A stretch of DNA of 36,636 bases from Octopus bimaculoides. Its lineage: Eukaryota. Made by a program: the position numbers and the translations under genes. Location of the stretch: positions 1,052,456 through 1,089,091 of the forward strand of contig NC_068984.1 of NCBI RefSeq assembly GCF_001194135.2. Direction: 5' to 3'. The notes beneath the pieces were generated by a model. The model worked only from the letters and a program-made list of their open reading frames with translations, was not told where the DNA came from and ran no database searches. This document shows positions 12,210 through 24,318 of this stretch, in pieces (within the stretch, counting starts at the first letter, position 1; each line of letters starts with the position of its first letter).

Positions 12210-13600
12210 GATTACACTTCGACAGATGGGGTGGGGATTCTCTGTAGGTAATTTTTCTCATATCAAACAGTGTTCAAACCAACAACATTGGTATCTAGGG
12301 ATAGCAGTAAATTTGTCCCAAAGGAAACAGTTTTGGCGCGAAATATATTAGAAAATGATAATAAATCCAGTTAATGACTGTCCCCATAATTCCAGTTGCT
12401 GGACATGAGAGAAACACTTTGGTAGCCAGCAGCATCTGGAGGTTATCTTATTTTGACGTAGGATACACTGCCATGTGTTTCTACAGTTTCAAGTTTGGAT
12501 AAATGCAGAGAGAAATATTTTCGAGTTTAGCGAGGTTAGGAAACAAGAAGAGGGTAGGAAATGCCAGGATTGGGATTGATTATCTTACTGGCCAGGAATC
12601 ATTATGAAATCAGTGATTATGTAGACATGTTTCTAATATTGCTGATTTTGACGGGTTACTTCAAGTGGGATGTCTCGCATGTACAGAGATGAGCGCATGT
12701 ATCAAATTTGAAGGGTTTATTAGCAAGAACCTTTATAAAGATTTCTTTTTATTTTGGGAGTGTTGGATAACAGTATGAATTCTCTAGTCAAAGGGCTCGT
12801 AGCCAAAATACAATGTGAAATGAGGATAAAATTTTCAGGTTGCGGAGAAGTACGGAAGATTATTTTATATTCCTGATATCAAGTTGTAAGAATAGAAGAG
12901 ACAAATAAACAGTTCCCACTTAAAGAGAGAATATTCGCTCCAGGGACTTTTGGAAGTGTTATTTATTTACAGTAAGAGTATAGCTAAGTGTAAAATGCGT
13001 AGGGATTTGGGGTATTTGAAATTGACTGCGTGAAGGATGGAAAGAATTATTGAGAAAAATTACTACGAGTGCAAGGTTTCATTGCTCAGCTCTGAATCTC
13101 AGAGACTAGCGTTTCATGCAGAACCTAGAAATACTTCAGCTCTGAATATTTACTGGTTACCCCCACAAAGTTCAATTGAGACCTACGGTCCCAGAATGCT
13201 TCAACATTTGAGGCGATGTTGCTATCACTCACCTCCGAAAGAGGGGGCCCCCCACGACGTCGAAAACGGTAGAGGATAGGGACCGAAACCGGACGTGGTT
13301 CCTCTGGATGATGTCTTTAGCTACTGGATCCTATAAAGGAGAAGTTGAGATAGCGAACCACGAAACGTGGTTGGAATTCCTCCAAGACATTCCGTATCCC
13401 CATCCTGCCTTTTGAACTACTACTACAACAGCTTCTGCTCCTTACAGATTGCTAGTTCATCCTCACATCACCCATCTCTCCTATCATCTACCATAAGGTG
13501 TCTCCCATTATCCAGCCCCGCCCTAACCACTATACACGATTCTTCCTTCTCAACCCCGTATGTAGACATACAATTGGTTAGAAATTAACTTAACCATATC
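12210..13600 (-). mobile_element. Probable decayed Penelope-like element (linker/GIY-YIG region and terminal-repeat-like part)
   Basis: Minus-strand remnants resemble the Penelope RA.NLR.LLV.S.LP linker and the following Cys-rich segment. Heavily mutated; boundaries approximate. Confidence 0.4.
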
Positions 13601-14056
13601 GATCTCTACAGTCTCATGGGGACCTTTGAATGTCACTACTGTTGCCTTCCTGTCCTCACTAAAACATTAAATATTGTAACGACGTAGAAGGTTCCAGTCA
13701 CTGACTTATCTAATTCGAATAGGTTATTCTCAAATACAAGGCGTTGACAGGGGTTATTAGAGTAGAACTATCGGTTTTCTCATCAGATGCAGCCAGCCGT
13801 TGATGAGTGATATTTGTATCAACATCAAGATCGCTGGTCCATGTAGAAAATTAACCTTTCAACGCCTTTCTTTTCCCTTTATTAAGACACTCTGATATTC
13901 CATTTCATTTGGTTTATGTTTTGATTTTTATTTTGCTTTCACCGTAAGTTTTGTTTCACCCAGTTGCACTTCAATTTCGCTGATGTTTCATTCTTTTACA
14001 TATTTGCTTCTTCTGACACTGATCACAATTTATTGGTACATTCATATTTCAACTAC

Positions 14057-14939
14057 TCTGCCAGCCGGGCAATTCTGTCGGTGTAAGTTTCACTCGGGCG
14101 TTCTGTAGCGGGTAAGTGCGATGGCGTTCTCGGGGAGACTCTGGGTGTCGACGAGAATGAGTTGGCTGGTTTGTTCCGGAGAACTTTCGGGCCGTAGTCA
14201 ATGGATAATTTCTAGAAATCCTTGGCCTTCAGTGCTACCGAGGAGCACTGCCTGTTCGGGATAAACTCTACAGGTACAGAAGTGCAGTCAGCCGGGCTTG
14301 CCCGAGATGCGCGCAGAGCGACGAAACCCGTTCTGCATGCTCTCGTCCGGTGCCCTAGTATTTTTGACTTGTGGCCTTATTTCGAACACCTGCTGTTGCA
14401 TGTGGGACGGATCAGGCCATCGGTTGAATCCATTATTGTGAAGATAGTCCTGCCGCCTTCCTTGGTTGAGAAGGTCAGGGTGTTTTTCTTTGCTAGATAG
14501 CCGAAGCAACAGAGGTTATGTGGTGGACCAGATTGAAAGGGCTGAAGACAGACACTTTCCTCTTTGACCAAGGCCTCAACTTTTCCAAGTTTCACTTGAA
14601 AAGGAAAGTGAGGGTGAAGTGGAAAATTTTTCCCCCATCCCCATCAATTTTGTTAAAAGGTGGGCGAATGTTGTAAGAATAGCCCGAGTGAATGGTCCTC
14701 GTCTAAGCATGCGCCTGTAGACAAGGTGGAGAGTGTCCTTACTCTGGGGGTCAGGATTATCGTGAATTTGTAGGGTTACCACGAGCAGCCCCTGGAGGTT
14801 TCCCTCTCTGATGGGAATTTTGTTGTTAGATTATTTTTCATTGTTTACACGACTTTCATGTAACCCCACATTCTATTTATCCTGTGCAGCCCAGAATGTT
14901 TTTTTAATGTATATCCTTTGTGGTTAATAAAGAAATAGC

Positions 14940-14940
<1 letters not shown>
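14057..14940 (+). mobile_element. L1/Tx1-clade LINE, 3' fragment (ORF2 C-terminus with zinc knuckle, 3' UTR)
   Basis: LGETLGVDENELAGLFRRTFG; VLHALVRCPSIFDLWPYFEHLL (ORF 14222-14500); EVMWWTRLKGLKTDTFL...FFKFHLKRK; AATAAA near 14926. Confidence 0.8.
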
Positions 14941-14988
<48 letters not shown>

Positions 14989-14990
14989 TG

Positions 14991-15222
14991 GGTGGTGAGT
15001 AGGCAGAATCATTAGCACACCGGGCAAATGCATGGCGGTATTTCGTCCGTCTTTACGTTCTGAGTTCAAATACCGCCGAAGTTGACTTTGCCTTTCATCC
15101 TTCCATAGTCAATAAGTTAAGTCCCAATCAAATACTGGGGACGGTGGGATCCACTCAACCCCTCCCCAAAAATTTCAAGCTTTGTGCTTTTAGTAGAAAA
15201 GATTATTATTATTATCATTATT
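14991..15222 (+). mobile_element. tRNA-derived SINE with (ATT)n tail
   Basis: ggcagaatcattagc...gttctgagttcaaat (B-box-like)...gactttgcctttcatcc...tagtagaaaagattattatt. Confidence 0.85.
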
Positions 15223-15311
15223 TATTGTCCTTGCACAATAAATGTACTACGGTGCCAGCTGTTCACTACCAGTGAACTAAGGTAACACCCCTTATTTTTC
15301 GAGCACCATCC

Positions 15312-15381
<70 letters not shown>

Positions 15382-15383
<2 letters not shown>

Positions 15384-15900
15384 GTTTGACTTTCGTTTTG
15401 TATTTGTACATGTATCCCATATCTAGTCAGCAACTTCTTTGTCTTTCTGTCTAAACTGTTCACTTCGTCTACTGTCCATGCGGTTACCCCTGCTCCATAT
15501 CTAAGGAGTGAAGCCGCCCAAGTGTTGATAGCTTCAATCTTATTCAGTCCGTTTAATTTCGACTTAAGAATCAGTCTCAGTCTGCGCAAGTACTCCACCT
15601 TAAATTTTTCTCTCATTTCTTTCTCCATCAACCTATCCATCTCCAATATCCCCAAGTACTTGTAGCCCGTCTCTTCTATCTGCTTCATAACCGTCCCCAA
15701 CAGTACCTTACATTTAATCTGCATGTTTGTTACAATCACTTTCCGGGGACACACACCCAGCGTCCTGGGGTGAGTGAACGATAAAAGATGCTACAGTATG
15801 GCTGAAAGCTTGGGAAGAAGAAGTGGAAGGTGCAGTAGTGAAATATCTTCATGTAATAAAATACAGACGTTTAAATTGATGGGGTTTTTCTAAGAATGTG
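15382..15900 (-). mobile_element. Chimeric R4/Dong fragments (3' UTR + internal RT piece + ~30-bp 3' terminus)
   Basis: 15713-15900 matches the 9513-9700 UTR. 15412-15705 encodes YKYLGILE...EYLRRLRLILKSKLNG. 15382-15411 matches the terminus at 10635 and 35910. Confidence 0.8.
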
Positions 15901-15934
15901 GGCAGGAAGTGGATTAAGGCAGGAAGTGGATTAA
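15901..15934. repeat. 17-bp exact tandem duplication
   Basis: ggcaggaagtggattaa x2. Confidence 0.95.
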
Positions 15935-15937
15935 GAC

Positions 15938-16148
15938 AGAGAGCTGGTAGAATCATTACCGCGCCGGCTTAGCGGTATTTCGACCGTCTTTACGTTCTGA
16001 GTTCAAATGCCGCCGAGGTGTTGACTTTGTCTTTCTTCATTTCAGGGTTGACAAAATAAGTACCAGTCGAGCACTGGGGTCGATATAACCGGCTTACCTG
16101 GCTCCCTGGAGATTGCTGGCTTTGTGTCAAAATTTGAAGCAGTTATTA
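15938..16148 (+). mobile_element. tRNA-derived SINE
   Basis: Same head and body as 14991 and 17325. Confidence 0.85.
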
Positions 16149-16149
16149 G

Positions 16150-17322
16150 GCAAATTTCTACTGCATCACCTGTTACCCCCTCCGTGTTGCTGGGATGCGT
16201 GTGTACAGCATTGTGTGTTCTTGTTTTTCTTCTTTCTGAGAATGTGAAAACTCTTCCTGGTATTGTATTGCATCAGTTTGTTCTGCTATGGGGTTTCATA
16301 GCAGTCATTTGTTGTATTAATGTTGTGTTGTGTGTGTAATGCGAGTTGTGTTCATTTGTTGAGTATCTGACCTGCAGGGGGTTGTATATTTATTTTGGGG
16401 GTGAGGTGGATATATGCCATATAGAGTGAGTCTTGTGTTTCTGGATTGTTTTACTTGAGTTGTTTTATTGAGTTAATAGTGTCTTGCACAGGATGTGGCC
16501 TGTTCCTAGCAGGGTTATCTATTGGACAGTGTGCAATGTTGAAGCTCCGGGTATAGCGTCTACGTTTTTGTGTCATATGTTTTTTTTTTTTTATGATGCC
16601 CAATGCTCGAATTATCATTGGTTTTCGCCTTCATGCCCCACATCTTGAATACTTCAATTTCGAGGTCACTGTACTTTGACAATTTCTCCACTTCTTTTTG
16701 AGCAATACTTTGGTCAGAAGGAATTGCAATGTCTATCAATAAGCCGGTATTTGGTTTTTTCCAATCCTTGATTATTATGTCTGGTTGATTAGCTTTTATT
16801 TCTTTGTCCATTTGAATAGGCATATCCCAGATGATTGTGGCTTGGTCATTGTCTCATACTTTGTTCGGTACATTCTTATACCATTTATAGTTAGTGTTTA
16901 TGTTGTAGTGCTGGCATATTGTCCAGTGGATATAACTACTTACTCGGTTGTGTCTTTATATATATTCAGATTTGGCGAGTTCTGGACAGCCAGAGACTGA
17001 TGTCGCCAACTGTCTCATTATGCTGGTTGCGCATTCTGCATTTGGTGTTGGGGCCTGTTTTCCTTATTTAGCCTTTATAGTTGTTTGTGGTCAGGCATTG
17101 GTCTTGTGCAGCGAAAATCACTCCTTCCGTTTCTGTTTTTTAATTCACAGCTTTTGAGTCACTTTTCTTGCAGTCTTGAGTCACTTCTCTAAATGTCTTG
17201 AGTCACTTCTCTAAATGTCTTGAGTCACTTCTCTAAATGTCTTGAGTCACTTCTCTAAATGCCTTGCAGGCTTTTAGCCATGGAGTGATTTTTCTCTCCA
17301 TTCGTTCTTTAGTATGTTTTGT
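16150..17322 (-). mobile_element. R4/Dong-type LINE, 3' fragment
   Basis: IIWDMPIQMDKEIKANQPDIIIKD...LIDIAIPSD...EKLSKYSDLEIEVFKMWG (16560-16823), with upstream GVIFAAQDQ and KCRMCN. Confidence 0.88.
17173..17260. repeat. 22-bp minisatellite (GTCTTGAGTCACTTCTCTAAAT) x4 inside a LINE
   Basis: Exact units at 17173, 17195, 17217 and 17239. Confidence 0.97.
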
Positions 17323-17324
17323 AT

Positions 17325-17535
17325 TGGCAGAATCGTTAGCATGCCGGACCAAATGCTAAACGGTATTTCAACCGTCACTACGTTCTGAGTTCAAATTCTA
17401 CCGAGGTCGACTTTGCCTTTCATCCTTTCGGGGTCGATAAATTAAGTACCAGTGAAACATTGGGGTCGATGTAATCGACTAATCCCTTCCCGCCAAATTT
17501 CAGGACTTGTACTTTTAGTAGAAAGGATTATTACT
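17325..17535 (+). mobile_element. tRNA-derived SINE
   Basis: tggcagaatcgttagc...gttctgagttcaaattc...gaggtcgactttgcctttcatcctttcggggtcgataaattaagtacc...gaaaggattatt. Confidence 0.88.
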
Positions 17536-17786
17536 GTTGCTGTTGTCGTTGTCATCGTGGTCATCCTTCTCCTCTTCCTCCTTCTCCTCTTCCTCCTTCT
17601 CCTCTTCCTCCTTCTCCTCCTCCTCTTCATCATCATCATCATTATCATTATCATCACCACTTTCTAATCATAAATGAAACTTCTATATTTAGTTTCGGGC
17701 AAGAAATTCGTTAGACACATGTTAGCAGCCCAAATCGTGCCGGAGAATTCATTCGTGAATCTATGTATCTTAATTCTCGCTGATAA

Positions 17787-17866
17787 TAATTATGTTTATC
17801 CTGATTAATTATGTTTATCCTGATTAATTATGTTTATCCTGATTAATTATGTTTATCCTGATTAAT
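17787..17866. repeat. 19-bp minisatellite (TAATTATGTTTATCCTGAT) x4
   Basis: Exact units at 17787, 17806, 17825 and 17844. Confidence 0.97.
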
Positions 17867-18510
17867 ATTGCCATTCTTGAACAACAGGTGTGGCTCGGTT
17901 TTAAGTTTATCTGATTTTATCAAACCAGTTTATTCCATAGATGTAATATATTGACACCAAATTGAATATGAAAATTTCCGCCAATATATTAATATGAGTT
18001 GGCATGCTATTTTATCAATTCTTGTATACTCGAATGTAGGATTATTAAAATCAATAAATGTTTATTTTATTCGATATTAATCTTACACACTTGTAGCCAA
18101 TAGTAACTGGCTGCCTTTCATCCAGATCAAATACAACGTAACTAAATCATACAGGAATGTTAAATATATAAACAACGTTTCGAAAGTTTAATGAAAAATT
18201 AGACTTTATTATCTTCCAGTAAGAAAATGTGATCAAGTTCACATTTGCAAGCAGTAAAGAACTAATGTAGTTAACATTCTCTTTTGACTCCGAACTCCGA
18301 TTGGAAGCAGAGAGTTTCTGGTCCTCCGCCCTGCTTGTGTCGAGGCAGTTATTATCAGACAGATAAAGATAATTACATTTCTGCTGTCTAATTGTTTATA
18401 TTATTTATCAACCGCCTACATAAGTCAAAAGAGATTGTTAGATATCAACAAATGAGTGATTTATCTCAACCTACACACAAACCGAACGTATTTATGGAGA
18501 TGTGTGTGTA

Positions 18511-18585
18511 TGTGGAGGGTACACGGCCTAGTGATTAGGGTGTTGCACTCATGATTGCGAGATCATGGTTTCAATTCCTAGACGT
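18511..18585 (+). mobile_element. Truncated tRNA-like SINE head
   Basis: ggcctagtgattagggtgttgcactc...ggtttcaattcct gives A/B-box-like spacing. Confidence 0.55.
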
Positions 18586-18779
18586 TACTCACCGATCGCT
18601 TCGACACCTGACGCGTGGTACATTGTGCTCCTGTTCGAACATCGATTTGATGGAGGGAGAGAGAGAAAGAGAGAGATTTAATGTACAGCAAAGACATTTG
18701 ATCGTTAGAAACAAATGATTCGTGCAGGTCATTTGGCAAAAATGCTGAACGCTCATGTATCGTCTTCGATAGGAGAGTC

Positions 18780-18851
<72 letters not shown>

Positions 18852-19527
18852 TAACGACTAATGTGAATCTCTAAATTAAACACAAGTCCAGCCGAAATGC
18901 ACGCGGTGCTGCCATTGTTCCAAAAATAGCCTAGATCCTGACCCTTGTAAGTCTGCTGGTTAAAAACAAAATGACTCGCTGCCCAAGGAACTCTAGTATT
19001 CTACAGACATAGACCATCCTTAAATGGCGAGTGGCAGTATCAATGCTTAGTATCAGGTTACCTTAAGTATGTCTTTTACTGTTATTATCATCCATCTCAT
19101 TAGTATTGCTGCTTGTACTACTCTTATTATTATCAACAATAATAATATTCCACCCTGAAGAAGTGGCAACTAACAATAAGTACAGAGATGCAAATTTTGC
19201 AGTATGCATTAGTTAATTGCTACAGAAACATGTGTAGGTGCAGAAATGAAAAGAAGTAATTAACGGCTGAATAAAACTGAATATAAAACTCTATTCTCCT
19301 TCATTATAAATTCATTATTTTCTCGACCGGAAAAATGCAGTCTCTATAGAGACATGGATTTACCGATGTAAAGAGGGCCTGAGGTTAGTAGATGAAACTA
19401 ACTGGAGCTTTTCATACACTCACGGAGGTTAACCAGCATTAATAACCAGTACATGCGACTGCGGTACCTACTTGGATTCTATATGGCATTGCGAACCATA
19501 ATTTGGAAACTTATCTCTAATAACACT

Positions 19528-19595
<68 letters not shown>

Positions 19596-19613
19596 TGTAT
19601 GTATGTATGTATG

Positions 19614-19665
<52 letters not shown>

Positions 19666-19767
19666 TGTATATCAAATCAAATCAAATTTATTGCCAGGAG
19701 AAGAGCACAATGTGCTTAAGCCGTGTAAAAAACAAAAACAGTTATTGTCATATACATATACATCGTT

Positions 19768-22540
19768 TTATACATCGTCGCCACAGTTGTCCAGAGCCTC
19801 TTTGAACAGGGGAGTGGTGAGCAGTTGAATGACATCTTGTGGTAGCTTGTTCCACGGGGCTGCGATACGAACGGAGAATGCGGCCTTCCACCTGTTGATT
19901 TGAAAGTGTTGGGCATAGAGTTTGCGATCTTGCCCACGAAGACCCCTATCCGGCGTAGGGGTGAAAAACTCTGCAAATGGTAGGTTTACATTCCCGTTGA
20001 AGATATTGAAAACCAGGATGAAATCTCTCCGCATCCTCCGTCGTTCAAGTGAAGGTAATGCCACCCGTTGGAGACGTTCCTCATCCGTAAGCTTTGATAA
20101 TCACGTGACCATTTGGGTGGCTAAGTGCTGAAACCGTTTCAGGTGCTGAAAGTCTTTCTGGGGATATGGATTTGAGGCCTGGATGCAATATTCGAGGATA
20201 GGTCGAACTAGAGTAACATATAAAGGTCGAAAGACATCCATTGAAAAGTTGACAACGGACCGGTGGATGAGGAAAGGATTCCCTCTGGCTTTGTTCGCCG
20301 CCTCGATACCCTGCCGTGTTGGCTTGAAAATAGTATCAATCATTATTATGCCGAGATCCTTTTCTTCGGTGACCATCTAAATATGTTGGTGTTGGAGGCC
20401 AATAGTCAAGGGAGAGTTTGGAGGTGAACCTATTGGCAAATGGCTGCATTTTGAGGCGTTCAAGGGCAGATCCCATTCTTCCGCCCAATTCCAAGTTCGG
20501 TTCAGCGACGATTGGAGTAGGTCGTATTGATTCCTAGGCGAGACAAGTTTGATGTCGTCTGCAAATAGGAGGACTTTTCCATCAAGGAAATCTGGCCGGT
20601 CGTTGATATAGAGAAGGAAAAGTATTGGCCCCAGCACCGACCCCTGGGGAACGTAACTGCAGGCATTTGTCTTCGTGGAGAGATTTCCATTTATCTGCAC
20701 CCGAAAAGTTCGACGGCTCAGGAAGGAAGAAATCCACGAAGTCACCAGTGGGTGAATCTTGTATGCTTGAAGTTTGTGCAAGAAAAGTCCGTGATTAACG
20801 GGAGTCAAACGCCTTTGCAAAGTCCAAAAATACCACGTCCACCGTGTCTTTTTCATCCATGGCCCATGTAATCCACTCTTCAAGAAGGAAAAGATTTGTT
20901 AAGCAAGATCTTCGGGGTAGAAGTCCATTCTGCCAGTCGGAGATGGTTCATGAGAGATTTCTTGCCGATAGTCTCCATAACTTTGCAGAGGATGGACATC
21001 AGACTGACCGGTCGATAAGTAAGGGGGCCTTCTTTACTGCCCTTTTTAAATATTGGACATACGGTCGCTTTCCTCCAGTCTTCCGGTACAGTTCTTTGCT
21101 CGCTCAAGTGAAAGATTGAAAAGAGATGCCAGAGGAGCCGCCAGGATACAAGCTAGGACACGTAGAACAGCTGGATGGAGACTATATGGGCCGACGCTTT
21201 TGTCTCGATGAAGTTTTGAAAGGATAATATAGATTGCATGAGGTGAGATTGTGACTGGAGGTATCGGTTCGATTTGCCTGTCTGATATCAGTGACTCACG
21301 CCCATCATCTTTTCGGTAAATAGAAGAGAACATTGCAACAAAGAGTGGACTTTGTGAGGTGGAGTCTGTGACAATATTTCCTTCGACATCTCTCAGCGCA
21401 ACCACTCGATTATTCAGTCGTTTGTTTCGTTGAACTTGTGCTTAAAATCTTTTGGGGTTAGATTTTGCCTGTGATGCAAGATTGCGTTCGAATACACCAC
21501 GTGCCCGTCGGACCATACGTTCCGCCCTATTTCTTTGATTTCTGTAGATTTCGAAAGCAGCTGTAGTTCTACATCTCGTATATTCGTACCAAGCGCTATC
21601 TCTTAACCTCCATTCTCGTTTCACATTGCTGGATATCCAGGGTTTGTGTCTTTGTTTTCGAGGGAGAGGCACTTTCAGTCACCCTCATAATCGAGTTCTT
21701 GATCGCTTGCCATCGCTTTTCCACTCTCAGTATTGCCATTACTTCGTCCCAATCACAATTCTGAGCTGCATCTACAAGGGCGTTCTCGTCCATTGCATGG
21801 AACTTTCGTCTTGGTGCTGGAACTGGTATTGGAGAAGGGATTGACGATGCACATTGAATGTTAGAACCATGTGATCACTTTTACCCAAGGGTGGTAGGAT
21901 CTTCACATCAGAGATAGTTGTCGGGTACTTTGAGAAGACAAGGTCAAGTGTTGATGGCTGTTACGTATTTCAAAACTTCGTTGGTATAGAAATATGTTGG
22001 ATAAGGAATAGATTTTCAGCAGTGTGCAGCAAGGTTTGATAGAAACGAGCTCCTGTTGGGCAGAAATACGTCTCCCAGTCAATCAGCGGTGCATTGAAGT
22101 CACCAGCTATTAGACAATCTGCTTGAGATTTTGATATTTCAGCTATTGCGTTTAGAAGCCGTCGGCCATCTTCAGGTTCCACCTGTGGGCTGCGATACAC
22201 GGACAGAATGGGAAAGCTGCCTTTTACAAGTCAAATTTTGCACAGGGCGGCATTGAAATAGCCTGATGGTTGCGCATTTGGTGGGAGCTCATGCTGACAG
22301 GGCTTTAGATCTATTTTAATGAACATCACAACGCCACCTCCACGAAAACCGACTCTGTTACATCGGAACGTCATGTAACTCTCAATTGAAAATTCAGCAT
22401 CTTGAATATCAGCATGCTGCCAACTCTCTGTAACGATCGCAAAAATTTGGCTTCACTTTGATAACAAGCACTCGAAATTCATCTAACTTTGCCAAACGTG
22501 AGCAGATGTTGGTCTAGAAAACTCGAAGAGCGTGGTGATG
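19768..22540 (-). pseudogene. CR1 ORF2 (APE endonuclease + reverse transcriptase), frameshifted
   Basis: VYRSP, IAGDFN, GKSDH; PEDWRKATVCPIFKKG, YRPVSL, FLDFAKAFD, VPQGSVLGPILFLLYIND, LFADDIKL, EKDLGI, LVRPILEY, LERRRMRRD, PWNKLP. Confidence 0.92.
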
Positions 22541-22613
22541 CTGGGACTTTGAAGTGAAATCAGTTTAGGGCACCAAACTTTGCGTCTTGAAGGCTCAGTT
22601 GTTGATGCAGGGA

Positions 22614-23273
22614 CTAAATTTCTGGAGCTGTGATAATCAGTGGGTTCCTCCATAGAAACCTTTACATTATCTGACCATCTCTGATGACAAGTCCTTTCTC
22701 TCCGTTGGAGATTCTGTTCTGTAGCTCCAGCTTGGGCGCTCTCCATTTGATTCTATCTCGCGGAGAATACTCCTTCCGAAAACCCAGGCTGTGGTTGTCG
22801 CCGAAAACTTTTTGAGCAGTCATGATAAATCTGGAAGCTTGGTCAGCGGTTGCAAAAAATAACCTTTATGGGTCTGGTGTTAACAGGGGTTGCAGTTGCA
22901 GTTGCTTACCTTCCAATATGCATCACCGAACTTAAGTAGGATTATCAAGTGAAGCCGACACGAAGTTTTTGACAAGGGCGATGTCGTGCTGTAGTCGATC
23001 AAGGGGAGCCTCAGATTCTGCTTTCGATGCCCCATATATGACTGCGGTACAGTCTCATAGAAATGACTGTTTGTTTTCTCCTTTCTTGACTTCTTGCCAA
23101 TCTCCGGCTGTGGGGCAGTCCGTATCCACAGCAAAGTTCGATCTTCAGTTTGTTGTCCTCTTGCACTCGGTTCTGGAGGGTCTCTCTCAACATCTTGCAC
23201 CTACAGCTGCATTTAGTAGAAAGCTGCGGTTTTAATTTCGGGGTTGCAGATTTCGATTTGTTACTGTTGGCAT
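22614..23273 (-). pseudogene. CR1 ORF1 relic (~220 codons, several in-frame stops)
   Basis: ATG at 23273; later ...PIKVIFATADQA...LQNRISNGEKGLVIRDGQI, typical of invertebrate CR1-group ORF1 C-termini. Confidence 0.65.
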
Positions 23274-23881
23274 GGTGATGTTTTAACAAAAAAGGTTCAG
23301 GTAACCAAAGAGAATAAACAGCAGCAGTTAAGTTTGAATGATAGGTGAAACTGGGAGAGAGAAAAAAACTTGTATTATGTCTTCTCAGCAGCAGCCGACA
23401 ATATTGATATTGTTGATAGAGATGATAAGACGGGAGAAAAACAGCGCAGGAAGATGAGTTCGGGAGAGAAGAAGAGAAAGTATTCCACAATTGCATATAA
23501 TAATCCAGAATCAGGGTGGAAACAGCAGTAGAAATCTTTTGAAGAATAGTTGGACGAAGGTGAACCGTTGATATCCAAAGTTGATGTGAAGATTATCCGT
23601 CATAAGATTCAGACATCTTCCAATTAAAAGAATCAAAAGCTTCTTACTTTTTTCTATAAAAATTCTTCTTTTGCTAAAGGAATTGCTTAAGTTCCTTTGT
23701 AGAAAAGTAACTAATAAAGAAACTACTACTGCTACTACTATTATCAGTCTTTCAACAATAGTATGAACACACAAAACGAACTTTAAAAGGCTCCGAACTA
23801 CTGACAGTTTGTCAATATATACGTAAGTTAGTAGAAACTAAAATACATGTCAAAGAGAGAAGCGTCAGCGGCGATCAACCA

Positions 23882-23920
<39 letters not shown>

Positions 23921-23989
23921 TATACAAACTCGCTTTATGTAATTGAAACTGTCTCAAATTCAAAGAGGCATCTGTGTACTATACTTTAT

Positions 23990-24318
23990 ATTGAAAGGCA
24001 TTAAACTGGAATTGCGTGAGTTACAACGACGAGGGTTCCAATTGATTTGATCTACAAAACAGCCAGCTCGTGAAATTAACGTGCAAGTAGCTGAGAACTC
24101 CACAGACACACGTAACCCTTAACATCTCAGGGAGAGTCAGTGTGACGCAGAATGTAACGAGGTTGGCCCTTTGACCAACAGGTACAATTTTTTTTTGCCA
24201 GCTGGGTGGAGTGGAACATCTTAAAATAAAGTGTCTTTCTCAAGAACACAACGCGCCGCCAGGAAACGAACTCGTGACCCTACGATCAAGAACCGAATAC
24301 TCTAACTAGTCCACGCGC
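23990..24318 (-). mobile_element. tRNA-derived SINE, second family
   Basis: Minus-strand head gcgtggactagttagagtattcggtt...gagttcgtttcc, then gtgttcttgagaaagacactt. Confidence 0.75.

Larger units (their letters stand above)
19671..23370 (-). mobile_element. Near full-length decayed CR1-type LINE
   Basis: Short ORF1 relic, APE endonuclease and RT; AATAAA and (ATTTG)3 tail at 19671-19692. 5' boundary approximate. Confidence 0.92.

Noticed and set aside
13262-13380. Hammerhead-like gaaaccgg and gaaacgtg motifs in the Penelope-like region
   Set aside because: The CUGANGA core is absent; too degenerate to call.
14288-14782. Minus-strand ORFs of 68-73 aa
   Set aside because: Antisense shadows of the plus-strand Tx1 ORF2.
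15901-15934. Two CAGGAAGT (ETS-like) sites as a regulatory module
   Set aside because: A simple 17-bp duplication at a LINE/SINE junction with no supporting context.
11466-17866. Short direct-repeat arrays (13, 22 and 19 bp) as CRISPR arrays
   Set aside because: Units are contiguous with no unique spacers, there are no cas genes, and the context is eukaryotic.
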